Assembly (NCBI RefSeq): GCF_023055435.1
Contig: NW_025963780.1
Location: 44,144,001 to 44,208,000, forward strand
Length of the DNA: 64,000 nt
From: Haliotis rufescens
Lineage: Eukaryota
Direction of reading: 5' to 3'
Under the pieces are notes generated by a model, which saw nothing but the letters and a program-made list of their open reading frames with translations, did no database searches and was not told the origin of the DNA. The position numbers and the translations under genes were made by a program. Each line of letters starts with the position of its first letter. The stretch's first letter is position 1. Positions 54,630 to 64,000 of this stretch are shown piece after piece.

Positions 54630-55318
54630 TATTGACCGTCAGAAGGAAATGTTCCTGGTATTGACCGTCAGAAGGAAATGTTCCTGGTATTGGCCGTCAG
54701 AAAGAAATGTTCCTGGTATTGACCGTCAGAGGGAAATGTTCCTGGTATTGACCGTCAGAAGGAAATGTTCCTGGTATTGACCTTCAGAGGGAAATGTTTC
54801 TGGTATTGACCGTCAGAGGGAAATGTTTCTGGTATTGACCGTCAGAGGGAAATGTTTCTGGTATTGACCGTCAGAGGGAAATGTTTCTGGTATTGACCGT
54901 CAGAGGGAAATGTTTCTGGTATTGACCGTCAGAGGGAAATGTTCCTGGTATTGACCTTCAGAGGGAAATGTTTCTGGTATTGACCGTCAGAGGGAAATGT
55001 TTCTGGTATTGACCGTCAGAGGGAAATGTTTCTGGTATTGACCGTCAGAGGGAAATGTTTCTGGTATTGACCGTCAGAGGGAAATGTTTCTGGTATTGAC
55101 CGTCAGAGGGAAATGTTTCTGGTATTGACCGTCAGAGGGAAATGTTTCTGGTATTGACCGTCAGAAGGAAATGTTTCTGGTATTGACCGTCAGAGGGAAA
55201 TGTTCCTGGTATTGACCGTCAGGAGGAAATTTCCTGGTATTGACCGTCAGAGGGAAATGTTCCTGGTATTGACCGTCAGAGGGAAATGTTCCTGGTATTT
55301 ACAGTCAGAGGGAAATGA
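54630..55318. repeat. 29-bp minisatellite (TATTGACCGTCAGAGGGAAATGTTTCTGG), ~23 copies, in an intron of D
   Basis: Direct tandem repetition with no spacers. Confidence 0.95.
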
Positions 55319-55417
55319 ACACAGTCGATTAAATATGAGTGTTGACTTATGCGTTTCCTTTTTGGAAAGTATATGTATAGGTAGCTTAAACATAAACTCA
55401 TAATGGACACTACTCAC

Positions 55418-55813
55418 TGTGCACACATTCAAACGTGAATGTTACGTAGTCTTCACCAGCAGTATCCATTACCCGACCTCCAGGTGAAGATAGCTGACAT
55501 CTTGTAGCAGCCGTGCACGTGTTCACAAAGTCCAGGTAGTAGTGATCCGGGAGTTGGTTCTTCATGGCAGGGAGGCAGTAATCTGTCACTGTATCATTCT
55601 CACGCTGTTGACAGCAACGTCTGATTTCGTCTACTCCCTTCTGTCCTAAGCTTGTTCCAGTTATTTCACTGTGACATGTGACGTCAGAGGACACCCCGAG
55701 TGTAAACATGGTAGGAAGAAGCATCTCTGTAGCGGCACACGGAGGATCGACCATCAACAGGAAGTTGTAACAGGCAGTCTTGTGTCTCAGACCAGAGACA
55801 GCTGTACATAAAA
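55418..55813 (-). CDS. Paralog D, Cys-rich domain 1
   Basis: ttcacag| ... A|gtgagt; 396 nt; within ORF 55410-55853. Confidence 0.85.
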
Positions 55814-56275
55814 CTGTGAATGCAAATTGACTGAGACTAAAGACTTGTTTCAATTGTATTTAAGGTAGTGGATCGTTACCAACAATAAGAGATCTGGACA
55901 CCATATACCTTGTCAACTCACTAAATATATGTCGCAGGTTAAATTTGTTGCTAAAAGGTGAATGCAATATTGATTGAGACTAAAGAATTGCTTAAATGCT
56001 ATTTATGGGGTAATGGATCGTTACCTTAAAATAAGATCTCTAGATAGCCTAATACCGTTTTGCACATTCATACCTCATCAAGTCTTACGAAGCAGAACTT
56101 GCACACACACTGACAACAAGATTTACAAAGTCATACATGTTCAGTTAGAAGAATGTTATATTTATCCCAATTAATGGTAACGCAAACTCATAAGACTTTG
56201 ATTATTTTCGTTGCAATTTCCCTACCATGTACTGTGGCATAATTCATTCATAGAAATGTTACTTGCTGACTGTAA

Positions 56276-56573
56276 CACTCACTCACTCACTCACTCACTC
56301 ACTCACTCACTCTAATCACTCACTCACTCATTCTACTCACTCTACTCACTCACTCACTCTAATCACTAATCACTCACTCACCCATTCTACTCACTCTACT
56401 CACTCACTCACTCACTCACTCTATTCACTCACTCACTCATTCTACTCACTCTACTCACTCACTCACTCACTCTAATCACTAATCACTCACTCACCCATTC
56501 TACTCACTCTACTCACTCACTCACTCACTCACTCTATTCACTCACTCACTCACTCACTCACTCACTCACTCAC
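56276..56573. repeat. (ACTC)n compound microsatellite
   Basis: Direct reading. Confidence 0.95.
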
Positions 56574-57240
56574 TTGTAATTGATACTCATTGCATCTGTA
56601 CCTGCTTGTTTGTAGCCAAACCAAATTAACTTGCAGCGGATTGCAATTGGAAGACCAAGCATCATAATCGTGGGATGCGAATCCCGTCAAGCGGTTCCTT
56701 GCACAGTTAAGGAACTTAACGGCGAGATACGGTGTCTTAGAACATTTGGTCACCCGTTTCCCCACCCCCTCACACACCGATGGTCGACAATGTAGAGCAT
56801 TTATTAATTCCTTTGATTTATAAATGCATGACACCTCAGAAATATTACAGGAAGTGGCTTATAAACAATAGATCATTTTTAACAGTTATGAAAAATTCCC
56901 AAAGTACACAACCATATGAAACAGCCCTACATATTTGAGAAGTGTTCAGCTTTGCCAAAACTAATCTCTTGTTCTTATACAGGCCAATGGAATTGTATCC
57001 GTAAAGAAGATAGAAGATGCAATTTGCAAACTTTGGTATTCACGAGTAAATGCATTGCATCATTACATCTACAAATGACAGCTATGTCCAACCAAAGTTC
57101 ACTGTGTCTCTCAGAAACTCGTACTGGCCTGGCTACTCATGTATAGTGTTGGACTGTCTTAAATAAAGCTTCATTATCGGTAACAACGTGAACTGCGTAG
57201 CCGAATTTCAGTAAGTTTACATCAACAGGTATGTTGTGAG

Positions 57241-57590
57241 GTGGTGAGGTGAAATTGGGTTTAACGTCGTGTCCAAGATTATTGCACTTATATAGCGACG
57301 TGCATGCACGTGTATGTGTGTGTGTGGCTGCTTGTACTAGTCCGGACTGATGCCGATTTATAGTGCTAGCTCACTGAGAAACCATGCCGCAGTTTAACAT
57401 GAATACCCCACTCAGACACAGTATACTGACTCCGAGCCGACCAGTCCTTGTTTTAGCCCCTTAATGCCGAGCGCCAGACAGGGTAACAAGTACAATCTTT
57501 TAACGTCTTTTTGTATGACGCGGCCCGGGATCGAACCCTGGACCTTCCGCTCTCCGGGCGGACGCTCTACCACAAGACCACGGAGGCGGT
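57241..57590 (-). mobile_element. tRNA-derived SINE family 4, MetaSINE-like core (tentative) (also 13210-13563; partial 693-884, 41944-42122, 58960-59095)
   Basis: gtggtagagcg/ggttcgatccc boxes, core gactggtcggctcggagtcagtatactgtgtctgagtgggg; TSD caggtatgttgtga. Confidence 0.82.
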
Positions 57591-57861
57591 CAGGTATGTT
57601 GTGAACATATATAATCTTCATATGTTCACTTTCCAATGTTCAATCTTCAAGTTCAGTCTACGAATAGCTGTACACATTGCTGTCATCGAAATGAGTGAAA
57701 ATAATCTGATAAATGTAACAGTTTGATACTACTTCAACCAAACACCTCTACGTTTAGCCTGTTCACATACATTTAGTACATTTAGCACAGTATATGCAAC
57801 ACTCACGTCACCATACACAAGATGTTGGCATGATTCCTTCATACAAATTATCACAACATAC

Positions 57862-57916
57862 CTTGAAGTATAACCCATGTCAGCAGAAAGAGGGACCCTC
57901 GCCACTTCCTCCACAT
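57862..57916 (-). CDS. Paralog D, signal-peptide exon (MWRKWRGSLFLLTWVILQ)
   Basis: Minus-strand ATG at 57916, G|gtatgt donor, 55 nt. Confidence 0.75.
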
Positions 57917-60900
57917 GTTGTTTTGGTGTAGGCTTGGAGGAACACTCATTCAGATGCTCGGTGTCAGAGACTATAGGGGAGTAAACACATTGAGTGTGAT
58001 AGAACCGTTAGTCATCATACAGTTCTGTTATACACAACTGTAGAGTGGTATCAACTTTTAACAATTAGCAATTACACTGTCAACTTTGTTCCAGATTTAT
58101 GACAGAAAAGTTAGTTAGTTTGTTTGTTTGTTTGCTGTTTAACGCCGCACTCAGCAATATTTCAGCTATATGACGGCGGTCTGTAAATAATCGAGTCTAG
58201 ACCAGACAATTCAGTGATTGAAATCAAGAGCATCAATCCACGCAATTGGGATACGATTACATGCATCAATAGCAGCTGGAATAATCTTTAATCCAAATTG
58301 TAAAACATTTATTGGGATTTTTCATGACATTCTATGACACGACACGTTACACGTTAGCTCTGGAAAAAGTAGAATGATTTTAAAGGATCCTATTTATCCA
58401 AATGATAATAAATATAGAAAACTTTAATTATACCTGTAAATGACTAAATACCACAAAACACGACGCACAATACCGTCACGTGTGTGTACATAAAACAAAC
58501 TTGTTCACTGACGCATAACCGGGTGTATTTTAGGTCAAAAGTAAGTACCCGATATCGAGCTGAAGGAAACCACGCTTTTGGGACCTGATGGGTGCATTTA
58601 ATACATGAAATACTGAGGTGTGTCTGTGGGTTAACGTGGGTTAACACAAGGTGTCTAACGTAATAGTTCACATGGTACGTTGTTATCATTGTTTTGCAGT
58701 GTCCCTATGTAACAAGGTATCCTTACCTCTGATTGTATCGCCTGATGACGCAACAACATCCAACTACACAATGAAGAGCTGGCACACCAACAAATCCAGG
58801 CAAGGAACGTCAGTTCTTCCTTGTTATAAGCGCAGACGCAGTGAGGCACGGGCCTCTGTTATCGTATCGGACGGTCGGGTAGCCTAGTGGTTGAAGCATT
58901 CGCTCGTCACGCTGAAGACCCGAGTTCGATTCCCGACATGGGTACAATGTGTGAAGCCCACAGTATACTGTCTCTGAGCCGACCAGTCCTTGTTTTAGCC
59001 CCTTAATGCCGAGCGCCAGGCAGGGTAACAACAAGTACCATCTTTTAACGTCTTTTGGTATGACGCGGTCGGGGATCTAACTCCGGAGGCGGTCCCTATA
59101 TATAGTAGTATGGATATGTTAATACCGTGTTTTCATACCATGTACACATGAATACGAGCAGCGTGGTTGCTGCGGACCTATTCTAACCCGGAACCCCCAC
59201 GGGGTTATTAGTGTATGGTGTTTAAACTAGTGCTCTGCGTCCAGAGAGGTATCGAATCGGAGTTAAAGATCTGGTTTATTGATATGGACTAAGGCTAACC
59301 TGTGAGAGAGATTACGCATTACCTGAATAAGAAAGTCTATAGTGGTCATAGCGTCCCATGGCCACACCAAAGGCCATTCGTGACCAACTCCTGTTATTCC
59401 GGGACAAGCAGGTTACGGAAAGGGGCGAGTGGTGACGAATGACCATAGACCAATATCCGGGTCCGCATGTGGGCACAATGCCCATTCTTGCTATTGCTGC
59501 AGTACAAAAGTATTGACTGTGAATTGCCGAAATGGTTTATAGTAGAACAAATATGAATAATATCATTTTATTGTTATATCATCATACTTCGTAGTTCGCA
59601 GGTGGGGATCCTGGGGCAGAATATAGATACCAGAGTCCCCTCGTGTCTTCAATGGGTGAGTGAGTGTGGTTTTACGCCGCCTTTAACAATTTTCCCTCAA
59701 TATCACGGCGGGGGACACCAGAAATGGGCTTCATACATTGTACCCATGTCAGGAATCGAACCCTTGTCTTCGGTGTGACGAGCGAACACTTCAAGCACGA
59801 GGCCACCGGTCGCCCCTCATGTCATCATCGTCAAGATATGGCTGAAATATTGCCGATTTGACGTTAAACTTTAACTCACTCATGTCCTCAGTCACAGTTT
59901 GTAACCTTGTTGATAATAGTGCATCGTATTCAGGCGGCGTGTTCATGCTGTCTATCACTGGTTTGACTCCTATGGCTTGGCTTACAGGTCGCCATGCAGA
60001 ACATAGCTGGAATGTTGCGGAATTCACTCACTCATAATCAGTGTAGTACTAATTCCTTAAAATAGTCACCTGGTTGGCTGTACTAAATATAGATGTTTGA
60101 TATTCCCCAGACTACTGATTTATAGCCCATGCAGCTATTGACAAACAGTTTATAGTATCAAGCTGCAGTGACACGCTGTCCTCTGCTGTAATCAGCCGGA
60201 TAACCTGCCACGGCCACATGGCGAGCTGTCACGGGGGTACTGTACACGCACTCTGCAATCAGGCGGAATTGGGGGATAACATTTGACAAGGATATTTAAC
60301 CACAAGATTGACTAGCACTATGTCCGTGGTTTTATGTTTCCCAAATAGTCGACTCAAAGGCTTTAGTAGCGCCGTTTATCTCGACGTCGATGTTGATTGT
60401 GCTTCTGAGGAGACGTGAGATCAATATATAGGACGTTTTATGTGGTGTATAATTGAGAAAGACAAATATTGATATTTTTCGTACTTGGTGTGGAAAGTAA
60501 TGAAAGAATAGAGCGGAAAACGAATTCGAACCTGTAGGTTTAAGGGCACAATTTAACATACGTATTGTTGTATTGGGCACTACGATTAGTTTTTTTATTT
60601 CCAAAACACAGTTCATGCAGTCATAATTGCATGTGACATGTTAATATTCCTTGGAAGACTTCTGGTCGGAACACACACTTAATATTATTCATTTTCCGTT
60701 TCCTAGACATTCCAATTTTTACTCCTTCAATTTCCGGGTCCATGACCTTGACCTTTTGTAACCGGAAACAGGTAGATATCAAACTTTTAGTTTTGCGTAC
60801 TTTATTCATGTTCTTTACTTGATAAAGATGCAGTTTTGATCATCGCGGTTGTTTGCAAGATTATAGGCAACAATGCAGTTTACCGGGCGCAGCCCGAGCT

Positions 60901-60987
60901 CTACCATCCGCTCAATTACCGCGCTATAGTGCCACCGCTGTCTCGTTATACGGTTACCGTGCCTCACGCTCTGGTGACTCTCGGTTC

Positions 60988-61248
60988 ACGATCCAACACC
61001 CGTTTTCGGTCTTAGGGAAACTTACACATCTTTACAATCAAACACCCGTTCTCGGTCTTAGGGAAACTTACACATCTTTACGATCAAACACCCGTTCTAG
61101 GTCTTAGGGAAACTTACACAACTTTACGATCCAACACCCGTTTTTCGGTCTTAGGGAAACTTACACGTCTTTACGATCCAACACCCGTTTTCGGTCTTAG
61201 GGAAACTTACACGTCTTTACGATCCAAAACCCCTTTTCGGTCATTAGG
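60988..61248. repeat. 46-bp tandem repeat, ~5.5 copies
   Basis: Unit acgatccaacacccgttttcggtcttagggaaacttacacgtcttt. Confidence 0.9.
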
Positions 61249-61382
61249 GTCAGTGGGTTTGTGCAAGGGTTAGCCATAAATTCTTACCTTTTCAAGCGAT
61301 AATCCAGTTAATCCCATTGGTCGGTCATGTTGACATAAACAATTGCGGGTGTGGTTTCAAGAAAAGATGAATGGGAGAGCGG

Positions 61383-61440
61383 GCAGTGACGTCACACGCA
61401 TGCGCAATTCATTGTTTACTGAATTACGCATGCATGTCAA
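61383..61440. promoter_or_regulatory. CRE (TGACGTCA) plus NRF1-like (CGCATGCGCA) promoter core, probably for DNAJC28
   Basis: gtgacgtcacacgcatgcgca and a second cgcatgcatg, ~2.2 kb upstream of the DNAJC28 coding exon. Confidence 0.45.
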
Positions 61441-63603
61441 TGGGGATTCTAATGACCTGTTAAACGAGCACTGATTACATGTGATAGCGCCTGTGGTCCA
61501 GTGGTAGAGCGTAGGCTAATTAACGCATTAGCGGTGAGCCGGCGAAGCGCGTTCGAGCCCCCACAGCGCTAATTGGATCTGAAAAAGTGCGCCCGGTAAA
61601 GTGCACTACTCCCAGATTATATATAAGTTTTGATTTGAACGTGGTGATGGATGTGTCCTGTCATCGATATCTTCCGTCGTGAGGTCACGAAAGCAGCTGT
61701 CTACTGTTGTGTAGAAACCTTGGAAGCTAAAATGATATCTGTATGGCCTTTTAAAAATCACCGTGATATAACACTGTGGGGAATGATGATGAACAGAAAT
61801 ATGTTCTGTTTTTACAAAAGCCAAAGAAAAACAACAGCATTTTTACAATGGATCGACATGTACCCATTTGTTTTCATTTTTGTTGCATAATATGTGATGA
61901 AATCTCTTAGACTAATTGGCACCTATATAACACTGTCAGTGTCTCACACAAGTCGGTGTAGCAAGAAGTTTCACAATCGGTAATTTGACTACTCATGTAT
62001 TGTTATATGAAACACAAAACAACAATGTCTTTTTTGAAAACCTGTTTATCAGTGCAGAGACCATATACCAATCGGTATATCGTCTCTGATCAATGTTTTG
62101 TGGTTGAGCTGATACTTTTCAGAAGTGATTGGAAGTACTGAATGGATTTCCCGGAGTTTAAGCCTTTGTTGCATAATAACATCCCTGTCACCACTACATC
62201 TACGGTGTCAGATATCATGCACAGGTCTTTGCTATAGGTAACAATAGAAGCAAATAATGTTTAACAATGTTTAAAATCATATATGTCTTCTTTGTGTATG
62301 AAGACGATTTTTTTGGTATTAGTACTGCAAAGTTACCAGACCAGATAAAATGTTGCCAGTCCTGAATTTTCTAGACTAACGAACAAAAGTAACATAAGGG
62401 TAAACATAAGACTAGTACTGTTTAATGGTTTTACGGTTCCCACAAAATACCACCTGACCTTCCAAACATCTGATTTAACTAAAATCATAAAGATATCTTT
62501 CATTGTTACACAAACTCTAATATGTGGCGATCATGGTGATTGGTTCTGAAGACCTAAACACATAAAAGAAACTAGATTTTTTTCCGCACCTTCTCCATTT
62601 GATCCATTCAGAACATCCTCATCAACAAAGTTGATGTTAAATCTTTCTCATGTCCAAAATCCAGGGCCGATGACTTTGATATGTCATGAAGTTCACCACA
62701 ATAAGTACTGTATGCTCTGAAAGTCACATGTACTAGTTCTAAACTCTATTTAGAAGTGGCATAAACATGATAATTAGATAAAGGGACTTGAACGTGACAT
62801 GTGACTCAATTGCTATTTGCATATTCTGAAGTGAAGTGAAGTATGTTTGATTCAGTGGTAAACTCACATCTCTCTTCCCTGATCACGTGATGCATTCATT
62901 CTGTCATGATAGAAGCAAGACCTCAATCCATTCTAGAATGTTCTAAATTAAGTGTGAAAGTCAGGGGTTGCTTGCTATAACCTTCAAGCTTGCCACCAAG
63001 CGCACATTTACATCAGTGCTTAGTCCCCTCAAAAGCATAGGATAATTTATTGTGCTGTTGAACATAATTAAAACAGGATGGGGTTTTCTACTCTTGTTTT
63101 GTGAGATACATTCACTCAGATGTTGTGGTGGTTACAATAACACTGGTGTCATATGTGAAGGTATATGCTATGTGACGTATTTAAGTCATGTGTCGCTTTA
63201 GGCCTTCAAATACTATAGGAGCAAACCCCAAGGACCATCAGGACCCCCTTAAATTTTGAACCCATTTTGCTTCTATGAGTGTAACTACCGTATTCGAAGT
63301 AATAAGCGCCCTGCTTTATTAAGTGCCCATGGCGATATTTGCTTATACATTTTGTATTTTCAACTTTGTTTAACACTAAATATATGTACATGAAGGTGAG
63401 ATTAAATTCCATAATTTGTGTTTTATTTTCCATAACCTGAGCTTGTATAACACATATCATGCAGATAAAATAGCATTTGAAATCTGAATTTTATTTGACA
63501 AGGTTACAAAGTTTATGAATTGATATTACATGTACTGTTATAAATGTTTGTATCCATGGTAATGAAGGTACTATTTTCCAGGTGAAATGTGACATATGGA
63601 ACA

Positions 63604-63978
63604 ATGCTGCGCCGGTCAGTGTCCCTCCCCCTGTGTCTGTGTGCGAGTCTCTTGAAAGGTCAACACTGGACGTTAGTCACTTCCTCGCTGCACAGACAGT
63701 GTAACCATGGTAACGTGGGCACAATCGTCTTCTGTGTCAGTACAAAATATGTCCGCCACTGTCAGTTTTCAACATCATCCGGTCTTGGAGTTGGGTACAA
63801 ACTGAAAAACAACCTGAGCGACTGCTACTCCCTGCTGAATATTTCAGAAGATGCTGCATTAGCTGAAGTGAGAGAAGCGTACATAAAATGTGCCAAGCTG
63901 TACCATCCTGACAGTGGATCAACAACCGCAGATCCCAAGAAGTTTACACAAGTAAAGGAAGCTTACAAGACCATACTG
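63604..63978 (+). CDS. DNAJC28: DnaJ homolog subfamily C member 28, first coding exon (N-terminal leader plus J domain); gene continues beyond the window
   Basis: MLRRSVSL...CYSLLNISEDAALAEVREAYIKCAKLYHPDSGSTTADPKKFTQVKEAYKTIL|gtagga; HPD motif; YHPDSGS-x-TAD context recalled from DNAJC28; acceptor ttttccag at 63581; missing from the ORF track because no stop occurs in the window. Confidence 0.85.
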
Positions 63979-64000
63979 GTAGGAGTTACCTCCCATTTCC

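Noticed and set aside
54630-55318. 29-bp repeats resembling a CRISPR array
   Set aside because: Head-to-tail units with no unique spacers, no cas genes, and an intron of a eukaryotic gene
60988-61248. TTAGGG within the 46-bp repeat as telomeric sequence
   Set aside because: One hexamer per unit, not a telomeric array

Overview
AT-rich, intron-containing animal DNA. The SINE and Penelope content suggests a mollusc, plausibly an abalone-like gastropod (inference only). The main feature is a cluster of four paralogous multi-exon genes, reconstructed by hand from splice sites and phases: A (+, 3126-14827), B (+, 22646-28779), C (+, 32832-43680) and D (-, 57916-52257). All encode a signal peptide, a Cys-rich domain with degenerate SUEL/rhamnose-lectin-like spacing and a CUB-like beta domain, followed by a Thr/Ser mucin-stalk exon. 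Their C-termini all differ. C is a full type I receptor (~630 aa) with an NPxY motif and three Y-[AT]-[KQ]-V-x-K motifs, which look like Csk/SHP docking sites. A has the same TM but a frameshifted, tyrosine-free stub tail. B carries a non-homologous TM and ITAM-like tail, but now stops after domain 2. D has lost its stalk splice donor and reads as a secreted mucin-tailed form. This resembles an uncharacterised paired/decoy immune-type receptor family. The rest of the window holds four SINE families, two Tc1 relics, a mariner relic, Penelope and LINE relics, minisatellites, two assembly gaps and the first coding exon of DNAJC28 at the right edge.
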